Assembly (NCBI GenBank): GCA_963667015.2
Contig: CAXXJJ010000001.1
Coordinates: 736,001 to 800,000 of the forward strand
Source of the DNA: Desulfatiglandales bacterium
GTDB lineage: Bacteria; Desulfobacterota; DSM-4660; Desulfatiglandales; HGW-15
Direction: 5' to 3'
DNA: 64,000 nucleotides
Positions 28,459 to 39,373 of the stretch are shown here, piece after piece. The translations under genes were made by a program, and so were the position numbers. The notes under the pieces are model-generated. The model made no database searches. It worked only from the letters and a program-made list of their open reading frames with translations, and was not told the DNA's origin. Positions within the stretch are counted from its first letter, which is position 1, and each line of letters opens with the position of its first letter.

Positions 28459-29343
28459 CTATACACTAGCCTCAATTTGGACTGTAATGGGTTCCACATC
28501 CCTGCACTTCTGATCAAGCTGGTGTAGTATTCTCTGGATCATACTGTCAGAGAGGGGTTTTTCTTTTTTGCTTTTAAGAAATTTTATTATTTCAGTAGGG
28601 TTTAATACATTTACTCCTCTGGGTGCAGCTTTCCTTTCAACATACCAGCCGGGTATTGTCAGTATAGCCTCAACATTTACCTGTTCACCAACTGCGCTGG
28701 TTATCCACTTTTGAAGTGTTAAGGCGTTAAGTCTTGCCTGTTTAAGAGAGGCAGTATCTGAGTAATGAGGAAAGTTAAGGGCGTTTCCATCATAGATAAC
28801 ATTGGCTGATTCATTCTTCTTTTTTATTCGGGATTTTGATCGTGTCTTTGTTTCAACCGCATAAACACCGGAGCTGCCAACAATAATATGATCTATGTTG
28901 AATTTTTTAATCCTGTCTATCACCAGATCATGAAACACATGGTAACCATCCAGCATTAGAAGATTAAGTTCCTGCCCGACAGCAATTTCACCATCATAAC
29001 CTAATCGTAGGCTTCTTCTCTTGTTCAGATACTTCCATAATTTTGTAAAGAAGAATAACTCAAATAGAATAATAATGACGACATAATAAGTTAATCCTTG
29101 ATTGAAGATAATAGCAACAGATAGCGCAAACATAGGAAATATCATTAAAAAGCTTGAATATACAGTGATCTCATCACTTACTAATTGTATTTGTTCATTG
29201 AGAGATTGGCCGGGGCTGCGTAAGAATTTATCGGTAAATGGTGCACGTTTATTTTCTCTAGAATGATGCCACCTATAGAATGAAAAAAATAAAAGAGGTA
29301 TTATGAAAAAGCAAATTGCTATAGCAAAGTATAAAAATGGCAT
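28459..29343 (-). CDS. Membrane-anchored NERD (nuclease-related domain) protein
   Basis: Three hydrophobic segments, then GYDGEIAVGQEL...VFHD...NIDHIIVGSSGVYAVETK...QA. Confidence 0.85.
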   Translation of the reverse strand: MPFLYFAIAICFFIIPLLFFSFYRWHHSRENKRAPFTDKFLRSPGQSLNEQIQLVSDEITVYSSFLMIFPMFALSVAIIFNQGLTYYVVIIILFELFFFTKLWKYLNKRRSLRLGYDGEIAVGQELNLLMLDGYHVFHDLVIDRIKKFNIDHIIVGSSGVYAVETKTRSKSRIKKKNESANVIYDGNALNFPHYSDTASLKQARLNALTLQKWITSAVGEQVNVEAILTIPGWYVERKAAPRGVNVLNPTEIIKFLKSKKEKPLSDSMIQRILHQLDQKCRDVEPITVQIEASV

Positions 29344-29401
29344 TGTTTATTCTCAATTAATTAGGTTCTTGAAGCTTTTAGATATAGTTGACTCTGTCAA
29401 T

Positions 29402-29419
29402 AATGAAGGTCTGACCCTG
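29402..29419. repeat. 18-bp inverted repeat, left copy
   Basis: AATGAAGGTCTGACCCTG is the exact reverse complement of 39258-39275. Confidence 0.85.
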
Positions 29420-29751
29420 ATGTTTTTCCATTAATTTTATCAACAAACCTTTTTCAAAAAAAGAATTAGCCCACAAGGTAAGAGACATCTTGGATAAATA
29501 AACTTTTAAAATATTTATTGAATATATTTTTTGAAACTGCCGATATAACGAATGATAGTATTGACGATGTCCAAGTTGATAACTCATCTAACACCTAACT
29601 CATTCTACCTTCCAATTCTGTTTATTTACTATCTTTAAAACGATAATGATCATGTCATATGGTTTGATGTTAAGGCTATTCAGAAAAGGTGAGGAAAATT
29701 AAATTATATAATTCAGTGATATTTTTGACAATGATCATATAAGGAGAAAAA

Positions 29752-31182
29752 ATGAATTCAATATTACATGAACAAGTTCTTGATAATTTTCCTGATGGTA
29801 TAACAATTCAAGACATGGATTTTAAGATTATTTATCAAAACAAAGCAATGGTAAGCGCTTTTGGAGAACATAAAGGCGAATATTGCTATAAAGTCTATGA
29901 AAAAAGAAACAGAATATGTGAAGGATGTGGAGTCCAAAAAGCATTCTTGACAGGAAAATCCATTATGACTCTCAGAGTGGCAGAAGATATTAATAATACC
30001 TCTTCATACTGGGAAAATTCTTGTTTTCCCCTATTTAATGATAAGGAGAATATTATAGCAGGTGTAGAAGTTTGTCGAAATATAACTGATAGAGTTACTC
30101 TCGAAGAAGAAGTTAAAGAAAGAAATATAGAATTATCTCAGCTAAATAATCAATTAAGCCAAAAGACAAACCAACTGCAAACGTCATTGGTTGAGAGAGG
30201 AGTGATAGAGGATAAATTACGAAAGGAAATTAAAATACGGGAAAATACTGAACAAGAGCTTCATAAGTCACATGGTGAATTAAGAAAGACATTAGAGAAA
30301 TTAAAACAGACACAAGTTAAAATGCTTCAGTCAGAAAAAATGGCATCAATCGGCCAATTAGCAGCAGGAATAGCCCATGAGATAAATAATCCTACAGGAT
30401 TTGTAAGTAGTAATTTATTCACTCTTGGTAATTATAGTGAAGATTTAATTAATATGATTAAACATTATAAAGAAGTTATCAATCAAATAAAGAAAACTAA
30501 TCAAGATAAAGATAAAAAAATAGGATTATCAAAAGAAATTGATGAAATTGAAGCACTCGAATTAACATTAGATATAAATTTTATGCTCAACGATATTGAT
30601 AATTTGATAAAAGAGTCACAGGATGGAGTATTAAGAATAAAAAAAATAGTTGATGATTTAAAAGGCTTTGCACATCCGGGAAAAGATAAACCGGAATATT
30701 CAAATATTAATGAAAATCTTGATTCAACATTAAATGTGATTTGGAATGAAATAAAACTCAAAGCCACAGTAGTAAAAAAATACGGTAATATTCCGGAAAT
30801 AATGTGCTATCCACAAAAACTCAACCAGGTATTCATGAATATCTTGTTTAATGCAGTACAGTGTATGGAAAGTGAGGGTGAAATTAGAATTGGAACAGAT
30901 GTACGAGATGAATATCTGGAAATTAAAATAAGTGACACAGGGCCAGGTATATCTAAAGATAACATTACTAAAATTTTTGATCCCTTTTTTACGACTAAAG
31001 AGATTGGGAAAGGTACAGGCCTTGGACTTAACATTGCTTATAATATTATTGAAGAGCACAATGGCTCTATTTCAGTAGAAAGTGAAGAAGGATGTGGAAC
31101 AATGTTTACAATAATTCTACCGGTAGGCAATACAGATGAAAGTTTGAGTTCAAGCAAAAAAATGGATAATATTGAGTATTAA
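29752..31182 (+). CDS. PAS-domain sensor histidine kinase
   Basis: PAS, coiled coil, SEKMASIGQLAAGIAHEINNP, QVFMNILFNA, DTGPG, FDPFFTTK, GTGLGL. Confidence 0.93.
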   Translation: MNSILHEQVLDNFPDGITIQDMDFKIIYQNKAMVSAFGEHKGEYCYKVYEKRNRICEGCGVQKAFLTGKSIMTLRVAEDINNTSSYWENSCFPLFNDKENIIAGVEVCRNITDRVTLEEEVKERNIELSQLNNQLSQKTNQLQTSLVERGVIEDKLRKEIKIRENTEQELHKSHGELRKTLEKLKQTQVKMLQSEKMASIGQLAAGIAHEINNPTGFVSSNLFTLGNYSEDLINMIKHYKEVINQIKKTNQDKDKKIGLSKEIDEIEALELTLDINFMLNDIDNLIKESQDGVLRIKKIVDDLKGFAHPGKDKPEYSNINENLDSTLNVIWNEIKLKATVVKKYGNIPEIMCYPQKLNQVFMNILFNAVQCMESEGEIRIGTDVRDEYLEIKISDTGPGISKDNITKIFDPFFTTKEIGKGTGLGLNIAYNIIEEHNGSISVESEEGCGTMFTIILPVGNTDESLSSSKKMDNIEY

Positions 31183-31266
31183 ATTCACCTATTAATGGAA
31201 AAATACAATCAAAATATCTCTTTAAATTGTTAGCAGTCTGTTGGTAAAAAAGAGGATGTAAAAGTT

Positions 31267-32139
31267 ATGGACAACAATGAGTTAAGGTGTCATTTGGATA
31301 GAGTTGAAGATTTGCCTACACTTCCGACAATAGCAATGGAGGTAAACCATTTATTACAGGATTACAACACATCAATTAAAAAATTAAGCGATGTGATGGA
31401 AAATGATCAGGCAATTGCCGCGAAGATATTGAAGCTGGTTAATTCTGCTTTTTTCGGACTAAGGTCAAAAGTTGGAAACATTCCTCATGCTATTACATTA
31501 TTGGGTTTTAATACTGTGCGTAACGCAGTACTTTCAGTATCTGTCATAAAAGCATTTTCGAATATCTCGGACATGGAAGGTTTCAAGATAACCGACTTTT
31601 GGACACACTCGGTTTCTGTTGCGGTTGCCAGCAAACATATAGCGAACACAACCCGTCTCCATAGCCCTGATGATTGTTTTATTGGAGGGCTCCTTCATGA
31701 TATTGGCAAATTAATTTTGATAAATAACTTCGAATCTCTTTTCATAGAGATATGGAGAATAAAGAAAGAAGAAAGCATTTCATTTTTTGAAGCTGAAAAG
31801 AAGATAGGCTTAATGAATCATGCTCAAATCGGGGGGTATTTGGCCTCTAAATGGAAACTCCCTATGGCCTTATCCGATACTATTGCGAGACATCACTCTC
31901 TTTCCAATATGGCTAATGATGTAGATTTATTAAAAATAATTTGTACTGCAGATATCATTATAAACAATCTTGATTTAGTAGAAGCAGATTCATATGAGGA
32001 TTTAATACTTCCTGATGATATAGTGACAAAGATTAGAAGTGATTGCCAGTCATCAGATGGATGGTTTAAGCGACTGTTGGTGGATATTGATGAAGCTTGC
32101 CGTTTTTTTACAGAAGGAGATAAATCTGTTGGAAAGTAA
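31267..32139 (+). CDS. HDOD domain protein
   Basis: LPTLP, DQAIAAKILKLVNSAFFG, FWTHS, GLLHDIGKL, HAQIG...WKLP...HH. Confidence 0.92.
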   Translation: MDNNELRCHLDRVEDLPTLPTIAMEVNHLLQDYNTSIKKLSDVMENDQAIAAKILKLVNSAFFGLRSKVGNIPHAITLLGFNTVRNAVLSVSVIKAFSNISDMEGFKITDFWTHSVSVAVASKHIANTTRLHSPDDCFIGGLLHDIGKLILINNFESLFIEIWRIKKEESISFFEAEKKIGLMNHAQIGGYLASKWKLPMALSDTIARHHSLSNMANDVDLLKIICTADIIINNLDLVEADSYEDLILPDDIVTKIRSDCQSSDGWFKRLLVDIDEACRFFTEGDKSVGK

Positions 32140-32235
32140 AAATACAATCTAATCGTTGATGATGAAGAATATATTATGAAAAGTCTCAAACGGCTATTGT
32201 CCAGGACCAGTTACTGAATAATGACAGCATTGAGC
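32129..32235 (+). pseudogene. Decayed response-regulator receiver fragment
   Basis: TTG-ESKNTI / frameshift / LIVDDEEYIMKSLKRLLSRTSY*IMTALS. Confidence 0.7.
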
Positions 32236-32267
32236 CAAATTGAAATATTTCTGAATATGGAAGTATC

Positions 32268-33104
32268 ATGCTTGAAAGAATAATCACTCCGATAAGAAAT
32301 ATTCCCTTTTTAACAAGAGCATTAGACTGTTTATTATTGGGATTCTTTATTATAAATCCTATTAGTATGCTGATTTTTGATGAAGCTCATAAATTAATGA
32401 CTGAAGAACAATTAAAATTAATGCATGAATCCGTATATATTAGACTAGTGGATAGTTTAAGACCGGAATTTTTAATATTTTCAATATCAATAACTCTGGT
32501 GACAATTCTAGTCGGAATTAGTTTAAAGTATAAAGACCAGAAAAAAGAAAGGTTATTAAAAGAATTATTTCAGACAAGACTGCGCATTAATACTCAGACT
32601 CTAAATTCAGTCAATCATCCCATTTTTCAAATAGATTTGGACTTAAATTATAAAGCACTTAATACATACTATTTAAACCTGTTAGGGTATAAGGATACCA
32701 GCCAAATTATTGGAAAAAATTATCGGGAATTTTATGATGAGGCTAGTGTAACTGAGTTCGGAACCCAGGTTAATAATGTTGCAAACTCAGGATATCCGGT
32801 TGAATATATATTGGACTCGTCAATAGCTGAGACTGGTAAAGTAAGGAGAATCTTAAATCCTGTGAAAGATATTTCCGGAAATATAAAAGGAATTGTTGTT
32901 GAATCAACTGAAGTTATAAAAAAAGAAGCTCGAGATATTGTATCGATATGCTCCTATTGTAAGGCTATAAAGATTGATGATAATTTTGTTCGAGTTGAAA
33001 AAATATTGCCATATGGCCTAGGTTATGAACCAAAATTTTCTCATAGTGTTTGCCCTGAATGTTATGAAAAAGTAATAGAAAATCTTGAAAATGAAAATTG
33101 GTAA
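32268..33104 (+). CDS. Membrane protein with PAS domain and C-terminal CxxC...HxxCxxC metal-binding motif
   Basis: Two TM segments, PAS-like region, ICSYCKAIK...FSHSVCPECY. Confidence 0.75.
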   Translation: MLERIITPIRNIPFLTRALDCLLLGFFIINPISMLIFDEAHKLMTEEQLKLMHESVYIRLVDSLRPEFLIFSISITLVTILVGISLKYKDQKKERLLKELFQTRLRINTQTLNSVNHPIFQIDLDLNYKALNTYYLNLLGYKDTSQIIGKNYREFYDEASVTEFGTQVNNVANSGYPVEYILDSSIAETGKVRRILNPVKDISGNIKGIVVESTEVIKKEARDIVSICSYCKAIKIDDNFVRVEKILPYGLGYEPKFSHSVCPECYEKVIENLENENW

Positions 33105-33134
33105 AATAAATAAATCAGATAAATCAGATAAATC

Positions 33135-33674
33135 TTAACCTTCCTCAAGAGTATACATCTTATCTGTAATATCTTTTAGAATAAGGCAAAAGTTGAAACT
33201 CCCTTTACAAATATATGAACCATCTTTTCTTTTAGCACTCGGAATATTAAAGTTTCTAATTTCTTTCACATATCTTCTCAAAGTACTAACGCCTGCTTTT
33301 AATTTATCCATAATATCATTAGCGTCTCTAACATCAGATTCATATTCGGCACCGCCCTTAAATGCACAATGATACAATGAAAGAAAGGGAAGCTTTTCAT
33401 CTTTATATTTAATAAATAGTATTAGCAGGCTTAAAATGTTTGCATACATTTCAACGGGCGCAAAAGATACGGTCTCGACATCACTCTTTTCAAAGACAGA
33501 CTTAATCTCTACATTCTCATTATAAATAATAATATCATACTGTTGTTTATCAGATAGGTAACGGGAATGAACCTCATTCTCTCTAACAAAATACTTTTCT
33601 GATCCATATCCGCTTGGACGCGAAAGGTATACCACGAGATGTCCTTCATCGCTATTGCAGTGCATAAAATGCAT
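33135..33674 (-). CDS. Hypothetical protein (possibly 5'-truncated)
   Basis: 179-aa ORF in AT-rich DNA; no clear RBS; no recognised motif. Confidence 0.5.
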   Translation of the reverse strand: MHFMHCNSDEGHLVVYLSRPSGYGSEKYFVRENEVHSRYLSDKQQYDIIIYNENVEIKSVFEKSDVETVSFAPVEMYANILSLLILFIKYKDEKLPFLSLYHCAFKGGAEYESDVRDANDIMDKLKAGVSTLRRYVKEIRNFNIPSAKRKDGSYICKGSFNFCLILKDITDKMYTLEEG

Positions 33675-33859
33675 GAAAAGAAAAACAGCGAAAAGGAAAT
33701 ACGTAGTAAATTAAATAGGTTATAGATTGTTTTGCATTGTAAAATCTCTGCTTTGGGAGCAGGATGCCATAGGGTAATTTTATTAAAAATAGATTATGAT
33801 AGCTCTAATAATATAGTATTGATTAGACATTCCAATATTTTTATTAGTAATGGAAATCT

Positions 33860-35281
33860 CTAAATATCACTGACCATAGCAGATAACTTTTTAGCTAAGG
33901 ACGCTAATTCTTCTGCCTTGGATGTCAATTTGGAGCTATTTTGGGCAATCTGGCTCGCAGACTCATGCACAACAGTAATATCTTCAGCAATTTCTGTTGA
34001 TACCGAAGAACTCTGGTTTATGTTGTCGTTTATCTCGGCGAACCTGGAAGAGGCATTCGCGACATTTTTGGATATTTCCTGACTTGTAACAGACTGCTCT
34101 TCAACAGCAGAAGCAATAGAAGAAACAATATCATTAATATCATTTATCCCATCTGATATGTTCTCAATTTCAGAGACGGTACCGTCGGTTGAAGTCTGAA
34201 TACCTTCAACTGTTCGTTTGATTTCTTCAGTAGCATCAGATGTTTGCTTTGCAAGTTCTTTTATCTCGGCGGCAACAATAGCAAACCCTTTACCGGATTC
34301 TCCTGCTCTGGCGGCTTCAATGGTGGCATTTAATGCCAACAAATTTGTTTGATCTGAAATGTCTGAGATGATTTCGGTAACACTGGCTATCTTATTTGCT
34401 GATTCTCCAAGTTTGCTTACTTGAACAGACGCATTCTTCCCCTGCTCCACAGCAAGGTTTGTCATACTTCGTGCGTTTTCAGAATTTTTTGCAATTTCAC
34501 CAATGGTTGCATTCATTTCTTCAACTGCTGAGGCTACATGGTTCATGTTCATCGTTGTTTCTTCCATGGCGCTGGACATGGATTGCATATTTGAACTCAT
34601 CTCTTCAGATGCTGCCGCCACAGAATCAGATCTTTGTGACATATCAAAAGAATTTTGTTCAAACTGCTTTGATACTTCAAGCAAAGACTCAGAGGATGGT
34701 GTTAAGATCTTAGCAGTTTCTGATAATTGTTTAATTGAATCGACATTGGTGACCAATTCCACATGACCAATATTTTTCCCAGTGTCATCCTTGATATAGT
34801 GTGTATCGACCTGCATATATGTGCTGGGTGCATCAGGATACTCTTGATTATAATGAGTCGTCTGCTGCCCATTCCGAAGGCAGCTGATCCCACAGTTTTC
34901 TGTCTCACAGATATCGGCTTGCCAATTTGAACAATGTTTACCAATTACACTTCTTTTATCCAAATTATGTTGGGCTAATAATGTTTCCGTAACCTTGTTA
35001 ATAAATACCCATTTCATATTCATATCTGTCGTAGTCACTGGGAAAGCCATTGCATCCAATGATCCTTCCAAGTAGAAAATCAATCGTTGCTTGTTGTAAT
35101 TCAGCTTTAGAAGGATGAGGTTCATCACACTTAATATAATGGCAAGATAAAATAGCTTCTGTGCTTTTTCAGAATATTGGGCATCGCCATTGAAAATCTG
35201 AACCACGAAAAATCCTGTTATCACGAGGGCACAGATCCAAAGGACCAGTTTGATTTTATGCGGGATATTTAACATGTTCAT
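33860..35281 (-). CDS. Methyl-accepting chemotaxis protein with PAS domain
   Basis: 2 [45 protein letters not shown]. Confidence 0.95.
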   Translation of the reverse strand: MNMLNIPHKIKLVLWICALVITGFFVVQIFNGDAQYSEKAQKLFYLAIILSVMNLILLKLNYNKQRLIFYLEGSLDAMAFPVTTTDMNMKWVFINKVTETLLAQHNLDKRSVIGKHCSNWQADICETENCGISCLRNGQQTTHYNQEYPDAPSTYMQVDTHYIKDDTGKNIGHVELVTNVDSIKQLSETAKILTPSSESLLEVSKQFEQNSFDMSQRSDSVAAASEEMSSNMQSMSSAMEETTMNMNHVASAVEEMNATIGEIAKNSENARSMTNLAVEQGKNASVQVSKLGESANKIASVTEIISDISDQTNLLALNATIEAARAGESGKGFAIVAAEIKELAKQTSDATEEIKRTVEGIQTSTDGTVSEIENISDGINDINDIVSSIASAVEEQSVTSQEISKNVANASSRFAEINDNINQSSSVSTEIAEDITVVHESASQIAQNSSKLTSKAEELASLAKKLSAMVSDI

Positions 35282-35330
35282 CTCCTCATAATTGTTACGA
35301 ATTTATGATAACACTCCGGAAATACTTAGA

Positions 35331-35570
35331 TTATATACGATTTGGATATAAAAAGCAAAAGTTACCTGCTATAGGCTGTATTGGAATTATATTGTTTAAT
35401 AAATGAGTAATACCAAGCCGATCACTTAATTTATTCGCTTCATCAGAATTATTAATGGTATAGGTATCTGAAATTTGCCCTGGCTTAGGTTCTTTTGGTT
35501 GGTTTGATGCTTTTTGAAAAAAATGATTCGTATAAACATTTTGTGATGAGTGGACACTTGAAAGACTCAT
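35331..35570 (-). CDS. Small hypothetical protein or gene remnant
   Basis: 79-aa ORF with RBS GAGGAG. Confidence 0.4.
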   Translation of the reverse strand: MSLSSVHSSQNVYTNHFFQKASNQPKEPKPGQISDTYTINNSDEANKLSDRLGITHLLNNIIPIQPIAGNFCFLYPNRI

Positions 35571-35870
35571 AGGAAACTCTCCTCATATTCAATTATCAGT
35601 TATCCCTCTCTTGATATATGGTTATGCAAATAAGGTAGCATGGTAAAAAAGAGTATAATAACAGTCAATTAATGAAATGCAGAGCTCGATAATAATGTAA
35701 GGAAAGGAAAAAATTTCCGGATAAAAGGAAAATTAAGGACTATTACTATATGCTTAGATTAATGAAACAGAATTAAAATGTAATTACTTAGATCTTTCCA
35801 GCTACCAAATAGCTACCTTGCAAAACTTAATGCATGTTAAGTATCTGATTTTAAAAATCTTATGTATGCG

Positions 35871-38800
35871 CTATCCCTGAAACCCACCCAACGCATCACG
35901 TACCTTGTCACCAAGTTCTTTCAGGGAAAAAGGTTTTTGTATATAATTTACACCTTTATCCAAAATCCCCTGGTGTGCAATAATATTAGCTGTATATCCA
36001 GACATATACAATTGCTTAATATCAGGATGGATGGATAGAACGACTTGGGTAAGGTCTCGCCCATTCATTTCAGGCATTACCAAATCAGTAAGCAGCAGAT
36101 CTATTTCTCTACCGTGATTCCGGGCACACTTTATGGCTTCCCCCGGTGTTCCGGCAGTCAATACTTTGTAACCAAGGTCTTTAAGCATTCTCTCAATCAC
36201 TTCAAGAATGGCTCGTTCATCCTCTACAACCAGGATCGTTTCTTGACCTCCAACAACAGGCTGATCTTTTCTCGTATCCAGTAAGTCGATATCTTTTAGC
36301 CGGTACCGTGGGAGATAGATTTTAAATGTTGTGCCATGATTTAACTCGCTATAAACGTAAATAAATCCATTATTTTGTTTTACAATTCCGTAGACAGTTG
36401 CCAATCCCAATCCGGTTCCCTTTCCGGATTCTTTTGTTGTAAAAAATGGATCAAAAATATTATTCATAGTCTCAGTGTCCATTCCACAGCCGTTGTCACT
36501 TACTATTAAAAACACATATTCTCCCGGTATAAATCCAGCATGATCCTTACAGTAGGACTCGTCAAACTCAACATTTCCGGTTTCTATCGTAATTTTACCC
36601 ACATCCACAAGCGCATCCCGGGCATTGACACAAAGGTTGGCCAGAATCTGATCAATCTGTGCGGGATCTATCATCACAGGCCATACAGTCTCATTCGGAA
36701 GCCATAAAAGATCTATATCTTCTCCAATTAGACGCTGCAAAATCTTGTGCATGTTTGATATTGTTTTGTTTATGTCTGTTAATTTGGGTGATATTGTCTG
36801 TTTTCGTGCAAAGGCCAGCAGCTGGCGAGTAATTTCAGCAGAACGTTCAGCTGCTTTCATAATTTCCTGTAAAGAGTCCTTCAGTTTGTTAGTAATTCCG
36901 GGTTGCCACAATGACATTTCGCAGTTTCCGAGAATTACACTAAGCATGTTGTTGAAATCATGTGCAACTCCGCCGGCTAGGCGACCAATGGATTCCATTT
37001 TTTGGGCTTGTCGCAGTTGAGATTCAAGAGAATGTCGCTCGGTGATATCCATTATGTAACCAATGACACGATTATCTCCATTTTGATTTTTCACGCGTTT
37101 TGCACTTGTTTGTATCCAAATTTTTCGATCTTTTTTTGTAGTAAATGGAAATTCAAAAGTATAAGGGACGCCTTCTTCTGCACATTTACTAAGAGCATTC
37201 CAAATTACCCGCCTATCTTCATCGCTAAAACAGGATAAACTATTTTCCATGGTTGAATCTATATCATGATCTTCCTTATCAGGTTCCATGTCGTGTATTC
37301 GGTATACTTCCTCTGTCCAGAAAACTTTCTTGCTGGCAATATCCCACTCCCAAGCGCCAATTTTTCCTAAACGCTGAATGGAATTAGAAAGCTCTTCGCT
37401 TTGTTTTAGTTTAGTTTCAGCAAGTATACGTTCCGAAATGTCTATGATAAAACCTTCCAGAGCTTTAACATTTCCGTTCTCATCAAAAATACCCTGGCCT
37501 TGCTCCCATACCCACTTCTCAAGCCCATTGGCGTCTGTTATGCGGTATACAAACTTAAATGGTACTTTATTTTTAAGTGCATCTTGCACATCATTCCAGA
37601 CAGATAGTCGATCTTCCGGATTTATTAGGTCGGCATAGGGGATTTCCGAGCTGCTTACAAGCTCATCAGCACTATATCCGGTAAGAGGCATGCACCCATC
37701 ACTGACAAACTCCATTGTCCAGTTGTTATCATTTTTACACCGGTATGCCATCCCCGGCAGATTGCTCATGAGGGTGAATAACTTACGCTGGCTCTCAAAA
37801 AGAGCATCCTCGACCATTTTACGTTTTGTAATATCTCGGGCGACTCCCAACACTCCGATCAGTTGCCCTTTATTATCACGCATAGGTGTTTTTATGGTCT
37901 CCAGCAACACTCGTTTTCCATCATCGGCAAAAGTCACCCACTCTTCATTGATGGAAGGTTTTCCGGCAGTAACAGCTTTACGATCATATTCGCGAAAGAA
38001 ATCTGCCATATCTTTATCCATAAGATCATAATCGGTCTTGCCTACTATATCTTCTTCTTTATTTCCGATAAAACGCTCAAACGCCTCATTGCATGCCAAA
38101 AATACACCTTTTGTATCCTTCAACCATATCAGATCGGGGATAGTCTGAAGTAATGAGCGTAAAAAGCCTTCACTCTCCTTTAAAGAATTTTCCATTTTTA
38201 TACGATCAGTAATGTCTGTTACAAAGGCACAGTTGTATTCTTTATCGCCAAAGGCTACATAGTTTGCCCTGATTTCCACAGGATATACATGACCATCTTT
38301 CCTACGATGAAAAGATTCAAAAGTGACTGATCCTTTTTTCTTTAAATTGGGCCAGTGTTCGGAATACTTTTCAAAAGATGAAGTTGGATCGATATCTGAT
38401 ATTGACAAATTTAGAAGTTCTTCTTGTGTATAACCTAGTGCTTTGCACGCAGCGTCGTTGACATAAAAGAGATGGGCATCCTTTGTTGTCCAGAATGCCT
38501 GATCAATGGTTTTATCAATTGTGTACTGAGTAAACCTTAACGCTTCTTCTGTCTTTATTCGAGCATCGATATCACGCACAATCGCGATTACACATTCATG
38601 ATCTTTAAAGGTGACTATTTTCAAATTCACCTCAACCCAGAACAGCTTGCCATTTTTCTTTTTGGCTCTCCATTCAAAAAGGTGTTGTTCACCCATTGCT
38701 GCTTTCTTAATATTCTTTTCAATTTCAGATTTGCTATAGGGAGCTACCCCCAGGCTAAGAGATTCAATATCTAATTTTATTATTTCTTTTTTAGTGTATC

Positions 38801-39011
38801 CGTACATATCTGCTACTCGCTGGTTCACATCGAGTATACGACCATCTTGAGCATCATGAATAAAAATACCATCGTTAACCGCTTCAAATATATCTCGATA
38901 GCTGAAATTTCTTGTGTCAAGCATATCCAACTTTTGTCTGTACTCTGACTCAGCCTTTTCCAACTCTTGAATCCGGTCTCCTAAATCTTTATATGTTGGT
39001 TTTTGAGACAT
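35871..39011 (-). CDS. Multi-PAS hybrid histidine kinase with receiver domain
   Basis: About five PAS/PAC repeats, QKMESIGRLAGGVAHDFNNML, NARDA, GTGLGL, C-terminal REC (VEDE, LTDLVMP, KPF); start at ATG 39011 (MSQKPTY). Confidence 0.93.
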   Translation of the reverse strand: MSQKPTYKDLGDRIQELEKAESEYRQKLDMLDTRNFSYRDIFEAVNDGIFIHDAQDGRILDVNQRVADMYGYTKKEIIKLDIESLSLGVAPYSKSEIEKNIKKAAMGEQHLFEWRAKKKNGKLFWVEVNLKIVTFKDHECVIAIVRDIDARIKTEEALRFTQYTIDKTIDQAFWTTKDAHLFYVNDAACKALGYTQEELLNLSISDIDPTSSFEKYSEHWPNLKKKGSVTFESFHRRKDGHVYPVEIRANYVAFGDKEYNCAFVTDITDRIKMENSLKESEGFLRSLLQTIPDLIWLKDTKGVFLACNEAFERFIGNKEEDIVGKTDYDLMDKDMADFFREYDRKAVTAGKPSINEEWVTFADDGKRVLLETIKTPMRDNKGQLIGVLGVARDITKRKMVEDALFESQRKLFTLMSNLPGMAYRCKNDNNWTMEFVSDGCMPLTGYSADELVSSSEIPYADLINPEDRLSVWNDVQDALKNKVPFKFVYRITDANGLEKWVWEQGQGIFDENGNVKALEGFIIDISERILAETKLKQSEELSNSIQRLGKIGAWEWDIASKKVFWTEEVYRIHDMEPDKEDHDIDSTMENSLSCFSDEDRRVIWNALSKCAEEGVPYTFEFPFTTKKDRKIWIQTSAKRVKNQNGDNRVIGYIMDITERHSLESQLRQAQKMESIGRLAGGVAHDFNNMLSVILGNCEMSLWQPGITNKLKDSLQEIMKAAERSAEITRQLLAFARKQTISPKLTDINKTISNMHKILQRLIGEDIDLLWLPNETVWPVMIDPAQIDQILANLCVNARDALVDVGKITIETGNVEFDESYCKDHAGFIPGEYVFLIVSDNGCGMDTETMNNIFDPFFTTKESGKGTGLGLATVYGIVKQNNGFIYVYSELNHGTTFKIYLPRYRLKDIDLLDTRKDQPVVGGQETILVVEDERAILEVIERMLKDLGYKVLTAGTPGEAIKCARNHGREIDLLLTDLVMPEMNGRDLTQVVLSIHPDIKQLYMSGYTANIIAHQGILDKGVNYIQKPFSLKELGDKVRDALGGFQG

Positions 39012-39152
39012 ATTTTTCACCTTTACACTAAATAAAAAAATTTTGGTTTGTCTGCATAATCCTTGAATTCCTATATATTCAATAAGATATCCAAATTTAA
39101 TGTTAATATGAAATATCCCTATTTTACATGAAATGCATGTAGGTTTCAAATG

Positions 39153-39225
39153 TGAAAAGCCCGGGGTCAGTGAAAAGCCCGTGAAAAGCCCGGGTCTGAA
39201 AAGCCCGTGAAAAGCCCGGGGTCAG
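39153..39225. repeat. Five copies of TGAAAAGCCCG interspersed with GGGTCAG/GGTC
   Basis: Copies begin at 39153, 39171, 39182, 39197, 39208. Confidence 0.9.
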
Positions 39226-39257
39226 CCCTTGACATTGGACATTGTTGTGAAAAGAAG

Positions 39258-39275
39258 CAGGGTCAGACCTTCATT
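39258..39275. repeat. 18-bp inverted repeat, right copy
   Basis: CAGGGTCAGACCTTCATT. Confidence 0.85.
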
Positions 39276-39373
39276 CTTCACTGATTGATTTTTTTATCTT
39301 TAATCGCCTTTGTTTTTTGGGGCGGTCCCGAATACAGCGTCGGGATCTTCGAGTGGCGTGGGGTTTTTGCACG

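Noticed and set aside
33110..33134. Short tandem ATAAATCAG repeat between convergent genes
   Set aside because: Under three copies in very AT-rich DNA; probably slippage.
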